Assembly (NCBI RefSeq): GCF_009914755.1
Contig: NC_060930.1
Length of the DNA stretch: 64,000 bases
From: the human T2T-CHM13v2.0 reference genome, Homo sapiens
Direction: 5' to 3' (one strand)
Shown: positions 1-13,187 of the stretch, one piece after another
Layout of the letters: the number at the start of each line of letters is the position of its first letter
Position numbering within the stretch: position 1 is the first letter of the stretch
Made by a program: the position numbers and the translations under genes
Notes under the pieces: model-generated
Database searches by the model: none
What the model was told of the DNA's origin: nothing
Seen by the model: the letters and a program-made list of their open reading frames with translations, nothing else

Positions 1-472
1 CTCCGGCCAATATAATAACTCATCTAATTTATCTCCAGCTATGCAATCACCCATACACCATGTGGGCAGAACCAAAGGGCCGGAAGGGGAAGCTATCAGG
101 GGCTAATTGCCTGGGACTTACCTTGTTCTCTGACATTTCATTATATTCACTATCTCCATTAACCCCAAATCAGGTTTAATATGCAATCAACTTGCTATGA
201 TTCCCCTAAGTATGAAAATACAATGCAAAAGGATAAACCTTGTCTTGGGTAATTAAAGAAGGGATTCATTAGATAATAAATTTGTTTTTTTTTAATGTGA
301 ATGTTATTTGGTTCACATTTACAAGTTTGCTTTTTTTCGAAGTACAAGTTGCATAGTCTCAAAGGAAAATAATGTCCACATTTTAAATTATTTTACTTTA
401 CAGTACTTTTAATTACTAATGAGGGCATTCCTGTTCTCCTTTGAATGGTGATATCCATTTCCTGTTGTTCAG

Positions 473-628
473 ATTGGTGAGTGGGGGCTACAGGGATTAC
501 CAGGAGATGATCTCTCAATTCAGAATGGCATTATTGTGACAAAGGCCACCAGATACCCACTCCTCATAGACCCACAAACTCAAGGCAAAACTTGGATTAA
601 ATCAAAGGAAAAAGAAAATGATTTACAG
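473..628 (+). CDS. DNAH8: Axonemal dynein heavy chain 8, internal exon A (start of AAA5 region)
   Basis: ttcag|ATTGGT ... TTACAG|gtatgt; 156 nt, phase 0-0; [52 protein letters not shown] (dynein YPLLIDPQ motif). Not in the ORF track. Confidence 0.95.
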
Positions 629-1544
629 GTATGTAGCATTTGGTGCAGGGGAAAGTAATCTTGAAATCATGAAACTCTTTCAAAATTTTGATTGAATCTG
701 CAGTCATAAAGTTGTCATCTCCATGACAAATGTTTGCTAATTCACACTCTTGAGTTTTGTAACAGCAATTTGGGGCAACAGCTCTGATTCTTTTCTCTCT
801 TTTGTACTCTCTTTGGATCCTCCCTCCCCCTCTCTTTGTACATTTCCCTGACTCCATTGCTTTTGCTAATGTCGAATGTGGCTTTTGTTCCGGGCCTTGG
901 GTTTGGGCCTATAGGAAAGTGGCAAATAGAACATTGTGATCCCTCAGTTCAAGACCATTCATGCCAACCTTGCTCAGGCTCTTGGTACTACGTAGCTTAC
1001 TGAGTCCAGCTTTGGTGCTTGCATCTAATAAGGTGTTAATTTTAAGGTGAGAGTAGACAAGGGCAGGATTCCAACATTCCTGACTCCCTTAGGGATTCTG
1101 TTACTATTGATATTTTAATTCAACTACCAATGTGGGATATTCAGTGTTTCCTAGACACTGTTCCCAGTGCTCTAAACCCCCGTCCCCATGTTTTTGCTTA
1201 TACTATTTCTACTAACCAAAATGTCTTTCTCTACCTCCACTTATATCCTAGATAAAAATCTCAGATATTCTTCAAAGTCCACATCCACCACTACCTCCAT
1301 CAAGACTTTTCTGTGTCCCCAGCTCAATATAACCTGTCCTGAATCCTCACAATGTCTTGTTTGCACTCATGTTGTGGACTTAGAATCTGACTTAAATTAT
1401 TGTTCTTTGCACATTTATCTTTTATTTCTATTGTACCATGAACTCCTTTTTGGCCAAGTTTTATTCATCTTTACATGTTCTGCACTGCTCTTTTTGAGTA
1501 GGAATTCTGATATTTATTGAATTTAAGTGAATTAATCAAAGTGT

Positions 1545-1757
1545 GTCATCATTATAGAAAAAAAGAACCAGGAAAATAATGTGGTCATCTTGATGAATAT
1601 GAAAAGAAGCACTTGGTAAAATTCAATGCTCATTCATGATCAAATTTCCAGCAAACTGGGAGAGATCTTCCTTAATTAGATAGTTTCTTTTTACAAAAAG
1701 CCATAACAAACATCCTATTTAGTGGTGAAATGTTGAAAGATTTCCTCCTGAGATCAG
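1545..1757 (+). mobile_element. Old L1 (L1M) ORF2 fragment
   Basis: aaagcacttggtaaaattcaatgctcattcatgat ... aacatcctatttagtggtgaaatgttgaaagatttcctcctgagatcag resembles degraded L1 reverse-transcriptase sequence. Confidence 0.6.
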
Positions 1758-2431
1758 TGCTTCTCATCCAAGTGGATATAGCCCAGTGCTCGGAAGCACA
1801 CCTAAATACCCCACCTCATCAATACTCCAGAACACGATACATCAGTCTATGTTTACTAAGAAAACCCAGGGAAATCCTAGAATGGACCAGGCAATGTAAA
1901 TAGAAGAGAAGAGTTAAAAGAAATAGTGTCCATTTCCACGAAGCTTCTTAGGAGCCACATTTTCAGGGGTGCACAAATGTGGTATACCAGAACACTTCTA
2001 TTCTTAGTTTCTGCAGCCAGGTCAACTATAACTTGTCCCTGGCCCCATTCCCCTTGGCTCCCCTGGCTTTCAATCTCCCTGCTCATCTTATTCTTGGAAC
2101 CTTGCCTGGACATCCTTAGCTCAATGCATGCTCCTGTATCACTTGGACATGAATGCTGCTATTTTTTCTGATCTTAGCTTTATCTCTCCATTTCTGGATT
2201 AAATTTACTGATAGTCTTCACTGAAGTCCTTTCTGATGCAACCCAGTCCCAGGAACCTTCTTGTGGAAGGAATAGAAATATGCCCGAAACTCTTCCTTAT
2301 TTTAAAAACCATCCACTGCTGGGATGGAAATAGACTGAATTGTATTCTCCTTACTCAGACAACATTATTTTCTTATGTGGATAAGCACATGTACAAACAC
2401 ATGCAAATGAAAAACAAAGCATAGTTTTTAT

Positions 2432-2660
2432 GCCCAGGGCTGTGGTCAACCTTGGCAGCTTTGCCAAGGCTACCTTCAATGCCATCTCCAGGACCTACAG
2501 CTCTGACTTGTGGAAAGAGGATGTATTTACCAAGTCTCCCTATCAGGAATTCACTGGTCACCTTGTAAAGACCCAATACCAGTCTTTGCGCAGGTGAACC
2601 AGGCTCTGGGGGTGGCTACCAAATAGTGTTTCACAAGAAAAATCCAGTGAAATAAACCTG
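2432..2660 (+). pseudogene. RPS2: Processed pseudogene fragment of ribosomal protein S2 (3' end of CDS plus 3'UTR)
   Basis: Frame from 2448 reads [42 protein letters not shown] vs RPS2 [45 protein letters not shown]; then caggctctgggggtggctaccaaatag (QAPAVATT*-like) and an RPS2-like 3'UTR; has indels. Confidence 0.88.
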
Positions 2661-3928
2661 AAATTGGGATTCCAAAATACTATTTCAAGTTTCTAAAAGA
2701 CATTGAAGATGACTGAAGATAATTATCTCCTTACTTGGGAAAGATATCACAAAAATAGAATTTACCCCTTGAGAAATAAAGCAAGATATAAGCAAATTTA
2801 GTCTTACTGGTGCTTTTCTTCACCTTGTTTATTAAGTTCATTAAAGTTCTTTGTTTAGATTCTTTTTCCTTATTAACTTACAGGAAGGTCTTTACAGCAC
2901 ATTATTTGTATAAAGAAAGCTATTCATCCAGGGAAACAACTTCCTTCATGTGCAGAATTTTTTTTTAGTTATTTCCTTTTTAATCAAAACAGGACAAAAG
3001 TAGGCTGATTTAATTGTTATATTTCATATCTTCTTTTTATCATAGTAATTGAGAGATACATATTTAATTCCATTCTCCTAATCGCCTGTTGTCCCAGTGG
3101 ATTCTTCCTTGCATCTTATGGTCTGCACCCACAATAGCCTAAGGCATTAGTTGAATTCAGAAGATAGGATACAAAAAGTTGAGAAATGAGCCTTTGGGAA
3201 TCTTCACAGTTAGGCAGGGGGAGGGATCCTAGGTGAAGTAAGGGTTCAAATCCAATTGGCTCATGCAGAGATCAACCACTACAGTGTGTCTATTTTAACT
3301 AATAACAAACGCATTAATCTAAACACGAAGACCCAACCAGGAATTCAGAATTGCAGTTTTAAAAAAATGTAAGCATATATAAAGTGAATGTCTAGTCTTT
3401 TAGGTTGACTTTACGGAAAGTGTTAAATTCTTCCCAGTGCCAATAGGAGACAGAATACATGGATAGACCCTCAGTGCGACTCAATATATCATTTCTGACA
3501 TTCTTATGTTTACTTTTTATCACTTACTCATCTTGTAGGGGTCCTGAGAAAATAAATGAATATCCAGATATGCAAGTTGCTTTGCTTTCTCTGAGCGATT
3601 ATAGCTATGTAAGTTTGAAAGGATTAATCCTTGACTATTCTCTTCCATCTGTCAGGAGCAGAACTCTGACATTGCATCTGAGCAATGCCACTTAACCCTC
3701 CTCTTTTGATCATAGAGACCCCATTACACATCTAGACCCCATTCAACAAAATCATGACTCACCAAGTTTTAGAAATTAATTTTTGTATGTTACTTTAATT
3801 TTTTTAAGTAAGTCTTCTTCTATTGCCCTTAAAATTCTTGATTACCTGTCCAACAAATCTCTCGGTTTCCCTTAGCAATGGGCACATTCTTTGTAACACA
3901 GATAGACCAATGAGTTCTTTCTGTTTAG

Positions 3929-4084
3929 GTGACATCTCTGAACCATAAATATTTTCGCACACACTTGGAGGACAGCCTTTCCTTGGGCCGACCCCTTCTC
4001 ATTGAGGACATTCATGAAGAGCTGGATCCAGCCTTGGATAATGTATTAGAAAAGAATTTTATTAAATCTGGCACCACTTTCAAG
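3929..4084 (+). CDS. DNAH8: DNAH8 exon B (AAA5)
   Basis: tttag|GTGACA ... TTCAAG|gtgagc; 156 nt; [52 protein letters not shown]. Confidence 0.96.
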
Positions 4085-4096
4085 GTGAGCTTTGTA

Positions 4097-4173
4097 AAAA
4101 AAAAAAAAAAGAAAGAAAGAAAGAAAAGAAAAAGAAAAAAAGAAAAAAATTAAGAAAGAGAAAGAAAGAAAAG
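4097..4173 (+). repeat. A/GAAA-rich simple repeat
   Basis: Poly(A) run followed by (GAAA)n-like units, starting 12 nt after the exon B donor. Confidence 0.9.
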
Positions 4174-5129
4174 AACAATGGTGACATCTACTTATCTTAC
4201 TGAGCATAGCAGCAAATGCAATTTCCTTTAGGCAGTAGTATTTGGTACGTCGGAAATAAACTATTTCCAGACTGATACTTCAGTGTTTCCTTTTATTTTT
4301 TATAGCGTATAAAAGTTTCTGAGGTGGGGGCAATATTTTGATAAGAGTAGTCGTTTAGCTAAAACTAAGTAACATTAAGGAAACACATTGTCTGGTCTTA
4401 ATATGTTAGTGCAACACACAGTATATATATGTTTAAGCAACTCTAGATATTGGTTTTGCAAGCCTTATATATATACATTTTTACAAAATAACCCGGATTT
4501 CTTCCCTGGAGAAAATGACATTTTAATAAAGTCATTGATTTGGTAAAGTCATTGATTTAATAAAGTCATTTTAATAAACACATTGATTTGGTCATTTATC
4601 TCTTTATTTTCAGTCTAAACTCATTGACTTTGTTGGAAGCTATGGAATATTGTTCTCAATTGTTGGTGATGAATTATTTTCAATTTGTATAAGTGTTTCA
4701 TGTTTAATTTGTGTCATTCTCTACCTTTAGGCTTCTTAAGTTTTATAACAGCATTTCTGATTGGGTGTTTATTACTTTGGACAACTTAATTTCATGAGTA
4801 TCAGTGAATAAGTAAAAATGAATATTTTCTCATTAAATAAAGACAGATTTATTCAGAAAAATTTTCTTCATAATGTGAAAATCTTTTATATGCCACATTT
4901 TAAAAAATTCATTCAGCAAAGGTTTATGGAGCATCCAATATATACTTAAGCCTTTATGAGTTTATAGGGAGAAAAATAAATAAAACGCAGTTAGTGTTCT
5001 GAAGGTTAGCATCATTCTATAAGATTAGAGGGTAGAATTTCTCTTTTTCATAAAAAGAAGCTAAGAACAAAATTTTGGTGACTGGCTTGGATATTATGGA
5101 CTCATCCACAATTTTGAACTGCATTTAAA

Positions 5130-5445
5130 AAGGTTTAATCCACAAGTAAAGATCGTATATATTTAAACTGTACAATGTGATGATTTGGTATACATATACG
5201 TTGTATAATGATTACCACAATCAAATTAATTAACACATCCATCACCACACATGCTGTACCTTAGATACCTGAAACTTGTTCATCTTATCACTGAAAGTTT
5301 GTACCCTTTGACCAACATCTCCCCATTTCTCCCATCCCCTATCTTGCTGGCAACCACTGTTCTATTCTCTGCTTCTATGAGTTTGACTTTTTTAGATTTC
5401 ACATGTGAGATCATACAGTGTTTATCTGTGTCTGGCTTATCTTAT
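5130..5445 (-). mobile_element. L1MA/MB-type 3' end
   Basis: tgtacaatgtgatgatttgg...ataatgattaccacaatcaaattaattaacacatccatcacc...gaaagtttgtaccctttgaccaacatctcccca, typical antisense L1M 3'UTR. Confidence 0.75.
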
Positions 5446-6228
5446 ATGACATATTTAATATGCCAAAGGAGGTTATAGAATCTCTATTCCCGAAGGTCTT
5501 TTAAAAGATCCTAGATTTTTATCTGCAATGTGAAGGCATAATGCCTTAGAATGTGATGGTGGCCTTAGTGATGTTTTCGGTCACGGGCAGAATTAAGATT
5601 AACCAGAGATTTAAGTCATTTAAAAATTCTATGATTGCCACCTGATTTTTAGATAGCAAAAACCAATTGTTTTTTCAACATGCTGCAAATAGTAGTGTTG
5701 AAGATAAATGTTACCTTTTTGAAAAAAGTTGGCGTTTTTCCTTTGAAAATTACATTAACTTTTTCTGTTGTCAAATATGCTTCAGATATACCTATGAAAT
5801 TCAAAAAACAAAATTTCCTATAAACACATCAAATTTCCACAGTAGGAAACAATTTTCTTAACTGGAGAAAAAATAGCGGCTCCTGTACTACAAACAATTG
5901 ATGGGAGTGATAAGTACTTGCTAAAATGTTAAAGTCAAATCTTAGATATGTCTAAGTTTTCCTTTATTCACCGTTTGTTTTGGATAACTTTTTCATTTGA
6001 TTTGCTTGGTATCATTGCTAAAAACATCACCAGGCAGGACTACAATTCTAAATTATTCTAAATTGAATAGGCTTTATTATTTAAGATCAGTGATTAAAAT
6101 TTTGTAACTTTCCTTCCCAATTTATTCAAGCGTCACAGCACTGACAGGTAAATTCTTTTCTAAATTGAACCCAAGTTCCTTTCCCTGCCCTTTAAGCTGT
6201 TTTTAATTTTATATGTGAATTTATGTAG

Positions 6229-6411
6229 GTGAAAGTCGGTGATAAGGAATGTGATATCATGGATACATTTAAACTTTACATTACTACGAAGTTACCAAAT
6301 CCTGCCTTTACCCCAGAGATTAATGCTAAAACGTCAGTCATTGATTTCACTGTTACAATGAAAGGACTTGAGAATCAGTTACTAAGGAGAGTCATTCTAA
6401 CAGAGAAACAG
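6229..6411 (+). CDS. DNAH8: DNAH8 exon C (AAA5)
   Basis: tgtag|GTGAAA ... AAACAG|gtaatc; 183 nt; [61 protein letters not shown]. Confidence 0.96.
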
Positions 6412-6599
6412 GTAATCTCTCTCTCAAGGTAAAGAATTTCTGCTTATAATACATGCTTAAAATGTATTGAGAAATTGCTAAGTATGTGAAAAAGAAAAAA
6501 AAATTTAAAAACCATATTTATCCTTGTTAACATAAGTATTTCTTTTGCAGCCTTAATTCCTGTCAAGAAATCATGTAACTCATCTTCTCATCCAGCCTG

Positions 6600-6601
<2 letters not shown>

Positions 6602-6647
<46 letters not shown>
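6602..6647. repeat. (CA)n microsatellite
   Basis: About 23 perfect CA units. Confidence 0.97.
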
Positions 6648-6649
<2 letters not shown>

Positions 6650-8493
6650 GTCTCTTTCTACTTCTGTCTTTAAACTTCTAGGTGTACTGACTCTCTTATG
6701 TATAGTCCTTGTCTTGGGGACACCTGAAAACATCAATAAAACAATGATTGAGAGAAAAAGAAATTCCTCTGAATGGCTCTTCTTTCCACTGTAGTAGTTT
6801 CAACTACTACAGTCCAATAATCTAATGATATAGGGAGCCATACCTTTATTTTTAATTAAATTTTCCTGCACTAAAGCAGGGAAATTATGTCTAACTGAGG
6901 GTTCTAATAAAACAAAGAACAACTTAGGACTGGAAGATTTTAAGAGACTGATACAAGATTAAACTAATTTTTAAGTTGAAGCTCAGAAAACATTGTTTTA
7001 TGCATAAAATATAATTGCATAAAATATTTTATGTATCTGCATTATAAAGTACATTTGCATAAAATATGATAAAGTAATTAATTTTAGAATTAAAGATTCA
7101 AGACAAAGGCAAGGTTAGAAATAATAAGAGCAGCAAGGCATGAAGTGGATGGGTGAGAAAAAGAATGACAAGGGAGGAAAACAGACAGAGGAGGGAAAAG
7201 AGGAGATGTGAATCCAGGGTCCCAAACACAGGAGAGACATCCAAGAAGGGAGAGGGAAATGACACAGACACCAAAGAAGTAGACTCAGTGAAAGGCAACA
7301 TCCTACCTGGCTCATAGACAGTTACCACAGGCACAGGCCCTTGAAAGGTGGCTGGTCTGGTGGAGTGAAAAGGGCACAGTCTCAGCTTTGACTCTCTTAG
7401 TTGTTTGATCTTGGTTTCCAACAAACCTGGGGCTTATGCAGTCCAGGAAGGGATCCCGTTCCTCTTCCACAGCCAGGCGGAGATGGCCCTGGCCCGGCAA
7501 TTCACTGTTTCCATCGCCTCTCAGGATCACATGCTGTTAACTGTTGACAGTTAGTCCCTTGTGGTCTAATTGGTGCTGTGGGTTTATTTTGAGATGATTC
7601 CTCGCTGGTCTAGATCCCCCATGCAGGCTGCACTAACCTCCAGAAGTCAAGCAACTCCACTGTCTAAAGGTCCCCAGGGCTCCCCACACCCACTCTTCTT
7701 ATTCCCTAGCTTCCTCTTCAAGAGATGTGCTAAGATGCTCATAGCAACCTTGCTGGAGAAAAAAATGCACATTTAATATGCAGGAGGGTATTCTAAACAT
7801 TATATTTAACCCTCCTAACAATCCTACTATTATACCCATATTTTTACAGATGAGCAAATGGAGACCAAAGAAAATAAGGGTCTCGGTCTATAACAGCACA
7901 TGGACTTTGCAGCCTGCCAAGCCTCCTAGATAAGGTTTACAGGTCCTGCTATGAAGTTTAGCAAGAGTCCACTGTGCTATGATATCTGTTTTTCCATATC
8001 CAGAAAAGGAAGCTAATATGATTTCATTTTGTCCATGTATTCCTATACTGCCACCCAGGGGTGACCATTTTAATGAAAATGACTAACTGGTTATTTCCCT
8101 GCAAATACAGCAATGCTCTTTATCGCCCCATCAACTCCTGCCACCCTGTAAGTACAATGGCAATAACACTAGTCTTGGAGTTGGAGGACAAGGGTATTAG
8201 GCTGTTTTAACACACAGCTAGTTACTGGCAGAGACCGGCCTAATACCCTTGTTATTCAGAGTTCATATTTCTGGGTCCTTGGCTTTTCCAAATGTAAAAT
8301 AAAGAAATTGGACTAAATTCAGCACATTTCAGTTTGACAAATATTTATTGGGTTGAGTTTCTTCTTTACAAAGCCACAAGATAAGTACTGTCAATAATAC
8401 AAAAATGAATAGGAAAGCTTATGTATCTGTTTTCTAGATGCATAAACCGTAGTTGGAGGGAAATAATCTACTGATAGATTGTGATACAAACTA

Positions 8494-8859
<366 letters not shown>

Positions 8860-9069
8860 TTAGATGTACAGATGAAGGCTGTGCCATGGCTTTTGATTGA
8901 CTGGTTCAGGAAGACTTTTTGAAAATGATGAAATTTCTGAAGCAATTTTCCCAGAAACCTTCCCAAATAAGTTTTAAAACACCTTCTTTTAACGTAATTC
9001 TAAGTGCAGCATGTGATTCTGTATAAAATCAGAAGAAAAATGTTGTAAGGAATATTATTGAGATTATTG

Positions 9070-9430
9070 AGATTTCAATGTAGACTCTGTGTTTAGTGAG
9101 AGTATCAGTGATACTGACACATCGGTATCAGTGTTAAATTTCCTGAATTTGAATATTGGGCTACACTTATGTAAAAGAATGACCTGGTTCTTCAGAGATT
9201 TGCTAAAGTGTTTAGGGGTAAAAGGACATGACATCCACGAGTGATTCAGCAGTAATAATAATGATAACAACAATAACAATAATGACAACATTATGTATTC
9301 TATAGAGATATAGTGATAAAGCAAAATGTGATTTGGTGAATCTAAGTGAAGGCTATATGAAAGTTCCTTGTATTAGGCTTGTAACTTTTTGAATGCTTGA
9401 AATTTTTTCAAAATATAATTTTAAAAATAT
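9070..9430 (+). mobile_element. Old L1 (L1MC/ME) 3' end
   Basis: tatcagtgttaaatttcctgaattt...aagtgtttaggggtaaa...ggtgaatctaagtgaaggctatatgaaagttccttgtatt. Confidence 0.6.
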
Positions 9431-10021
9431 ATCATTTTATGTAAGAAGAAAAAAACTCCTGTAAACATTCAAGTTTGCCCTCTGTAGAAGGAGATACAAA
9501 TAAAATGGAAAATGGGTTTGTATTGGCAATCGGCTGTGCCAAACCAGGTACCTGGTGCTCCCATAGGAACCAGGCCAAGAGCTCACATTTAATCTGGGTA
9601 GCCCCTTGGTTTCTTGGTATTATTGCCTTTTTGTTTCTACTTGTTCTGACTGCAAATAAAGATAGCATTTCTTACAGAAGCAGTGTGGGAACAGGGCCAA
9701 GAGAATGGGACATGCTATTTATAAACTTAAAGCTGGCAAGAGAGCTTGAGGTAATTGGGCAAAATTATTTAGCAGAATTGTCTGGTGCCTGCCAGTATAA
9801 GTGCTGTGGAACCTTAATGACAGTAGGCATAATTTTAAAAAAATTTCCACAGAAACAAAAATATGGATAGATAGATTTGGCTAATGATAGTAATTTCTTC
9901 TGCCATTCAAAAGGTACTTTGCTTTAAACTTTTAAAATTGTTAATAAACACTAGTGAGTTGGGTTTACTGTAATAACTGGTAATTATAGTTCCAATGTTA
10001 TTTTTTGTTTTTTAATGACAG

Positions 10022-10127
10022 GAGTTAGAGGCTGAGAGGGTTAAACTTTTGGAGGATGTTACTTTTAATAAGCGGAAGATGAAAGAACTTGAAGATAACC
10101 TCCTCTATAAATTAAGTGCTACAAAAG
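10022..10127 (+). CDS. DNAH8: DNAH8 exon D (buttress/strut coiled coil)
   Basis: gacag|GAGTTA ... ACAAAAG|gtattg; 106 nt, phase 0-1; [35 protein letters not shown]. Confidence 0.94.
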
Positions 10128-10454
10128 GTATTGTGTTATTAAGAAGTAATGAAATAACGGATTCTGAATAAGGATTTCATTTACACTCTTTTCAATGCCC
10201 TCATGACTATAGATGTTAGGAAATACTCATGTTATCAATGCAAAAACAAGCAAGGCAATTTCCATCTAGACATTAAAGAGGGACGGCAGAGAATCTGATT
10301 TTTGAATTAGCAAATAGAGACTGAGCATCTGAGAATAACACAATTTTCTTGATATAATTGCTTTCTCCTGAGAAAAATTAGGGCTCCTGATAGAGCTAGA
10401 TAACTCATTATAGGTTAATTTGCTTGCCCCAAAGAAACTAATGTGCTCAATCTA

Positions 10455-10603
10455 TTTTTTTTTTTTTTTTGAGACAGAGTCTTGCTCTGTCTCCCAAGCC
10501 AGACGCGGTGGCTCATGCTTCTAATCCCAGCACTTTGGGAGACCAAGGCGGGTGGATCACCTGAGGTCAGGAGTTTGAGAACAGCCTGGCCAACATGGTG
10601 AAA
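10455..10603. mobile_element. Internally inverted, internally deleted AluS insertion
   Basis: polyT + antisense Alu 3' end (10471-10497) joined to sense Alu left arm (10498-10603); CTCAATCTATTTTTT on both sides. Confidence 0.85.
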
Positions 10604-11452
10604 CTCAATCTATTTTTTTTCAAATTGACTCTTTCATTTGGCATTGAAATGCAGTTACTGCAACGGGTTATGACACATGTAATCCATGTCAGAAGAGCTT
10701 GGGTACCAAAGGCCCAGCTTACCCTCTACTTGGCTTGACCTCCCACTTTAGATGGGAAAGACAGGTTCTCCTCTGGGCAGCCAAATCATCATGCCACACC
10801 TCAATTTGAGGATGTACTCTCTCTGCAATATATAAAAAGAAAATTTTATCCAAAGAAAATAAAATCAACAAACATATTGTTCTGTAGCAGACAAATCACA
10901 GAAACCTGAATTCTACTTCCTTATTAGAAGTGAATGAATACTTCACAACTGTACCTTAATCCCGGGATGTTATTTAAACAAGTCTGACCTTCCAGAAGTA
11001 CTGTACCTTTATGGTGAGCTTAGTGAAAAGTCCTTTTATCTGCCTACTCGCACTGCTCCCGCTAGTGAAGTTGTCTGTTTCTTGGTCCAGTGACTCCTCC
11101 CAGCCATTTGGGATACCCCTGGGCATTAAAAATATAGCAAGCAGAGCTGAGGGCTGCTCCCCTAGTCTAGCCAAGAGTGTGCTGGATCAAGACCTCTCTC
11201 CTTGAGGTTAATCCCAATTTGGACTTCCACAGTAGACAGCATACCCGTTGGAGTAACACAGCCCTTCCTGCAGCACTTGTCTGCCATCCCGAACTCTAGG
11301 GTAGGCCAGAGTGCTGCTGTTCGCAGATATGGGAACTGTTCGCAGATATGGGGACTGTTAGCTCAGTACATCCAAGGTGTCTTTCCTTAGATTTTAATTA
11401 AAAACCAAATTCATTGTCATAAACATGCACTATTTCCATTAAAAACAATAAT

Positions 11453-11795
11453 AAAAAAAAAGGATGAGTTCATGTCCTTTGCAGGGACATGGATGAAACT
11501 GGAAACCATCATTCTCAGCAAAGTAATATCAGAATAGAAAACCAAACACCGCATGTTCTCACTCATAAGTGGGAGTTGAACAATAAGAACACATGGACAC
11601 AGGGAGGGGAACATCACACACTGGGGCCTGTCGGTGGGTAGGGGTCTGGGGGAGGGATAGCGTTAGGAGAAATACCTAATGTAAATGACAAGTTGATGGG
11701 TGCAGCAAACAAACATGGCCCATGTATACCTATGTAACAAACCTGCACGTTCTGCATGTGTACCCCAGAACTTAAAGTATAATAAAAAAAAAATA
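11453..11795 (+). mobile_element. L1PA 3' fragment
   Basis: ggatgagttcatgtcctttgcagggacatggatgaaactggaaacc...ccccagaacttaaagtataataaaaaaa. Confidence 0.92.
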
Positions 11796-12401
11796 ATGAA
11801 AGGCAAAACTAAAAATAAAATTCAAGTTTCTCTTCCTGGTGAGACATTTTCACTATACCCAATTTGCTCTTGTTAGAGACAGAGGGATTAGAGTTTTCTA
11901 TAGCAACGACTGTTCTACTAAAGCAGTGTGAGGAGTGTACCATTCAACTATCAGCATGACAGTCAGCCCATGTGTGAAGTGTTCAGGTTAGCTACACCCT
12001 GAGACAAGCAGCGTGGACAAGCTGTGACACTTTGAGGAGAGCCACCAAGATGACAGTGGGTGTGAAGCCTATCACATGGGGAACAGCAAAGAGCACTGGA
12101 GACATGATCATTGTCTTGAGACATGTGAAGACCCAATCAAATGGGTCTTTTGCTTTTTGCAGATGTTTAGGCAGAGCAGGGGATAGTCTGTCAGCAGGAA
12201 TGTTCAGAAGGCTTCAGGTATTGGGTGGTAGTTGGACTAGAAGCTTTTTGGTGTCTTAAGATTCTACTGTACCAGTAGTCTTCCTGACTTTGGAGACATC
12301 AAGTTGAAAGCTAACAGCGTTTTTTTTTTTTCAGAAGAGATGTATCTTGCTTTGCAAGTTTCCCGTCTTGTGTACTACGGTTTTCCTGTTTTGAATTTCA
12401 G

Positions 12402-12654
12402 GCTCATTGGTAGATGACGAATCTCTCATTGGTGTACTTCGAACTACCAAGCAGACAGCAGCTGAGGTAAGTGAAAAGTTGCATGTGGCTGCAGAAACTG
12501 AGATCAAGATCAACGCGGCTCAGGAGGAGTTCCGGCCCGCAGCCACCCGCGGAAGCATCCTCTACTTCCTCATCACAGAGATGAGCATGGTCAACATCAT
12601 GTATCAGACGTCATTGGCCCAGTTCTTGAAGTTATTTGACCAGTCCATGGCCAG
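12402..12654 (+). CDS. DNAH8: DNAH8 exon E
   Basis: ttcag|GCTCA ... GCCAG|gtgagt; 253 nt, phase 1-2; [23 protein letters not shown]...[42 protein letters not shown]. Confidence 0.96.
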
Positions 12655-12734
12655 GTGAGTCCTCACTACCTTCATCCAAAAGTGGTGACTTAAAAGTTTG
12701 CTTGTATTTCTACTCTTTTAGAAGTTGCTTTTTC

Positions 12735-13187
12735 ACTATTCACAATAGCAAAGACATGGAATCAACCTAAATGCCCATCAACAGTAGAGTGGATAAAGAA
12801 AAGGTGGTACATATACAACGGGGAATACTATGCAGCCATAAAAAAGAATGAACTCATGTCCTTTGCAGAAACATGGATGAAGCTGGAGGCCATTATCCTT
12901 AGCAAACTAACACAGGAACGGAAAACCAAATACCGCATAGTCTCATTTATAAGTAGGAACTAAATGATGATACCACATGGACACATAGAGGAGAACAACA
13001 GACACTGTGACCTGTCAGAGAGTGGAGGGTGGGAGGAGGGAGAGGATCAAGAAAAATAACTAATGGGTACTAGGCTTAATACCTGGGTGATGAATTAATC
13101 TGTGCAACAAACCACCATGACATAGGTTTACCGACGTACAAACCTTCATGTGTACCCCTGAACTTGAAAGTTTTTTAAAAAAAGAAA
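12735..13187 (+). mobile_element. Older L1PA 3' fragment filling most of the 571-nt intron E-F
   Basis: cactattcacaatagcaaagacatggaatcaacctaaatgccc...gtacccctgaacttgaaag. Confidence 0.9.

Noticed and set aside
4085-4153. Polybasic tail [18 protein letters not shown] on ORF 3929-4153
   Set aside because: Read-through past the gtgagc donor into an A-rich microsatellite; this is also a likely oligo-dT mispriming site.
4519-4597. Patchwork repeat of taaagtcattgattt / ttttaataaa
   Set aside because: Short AT-rich degenerate duplications with no regular period and no evidence of function.
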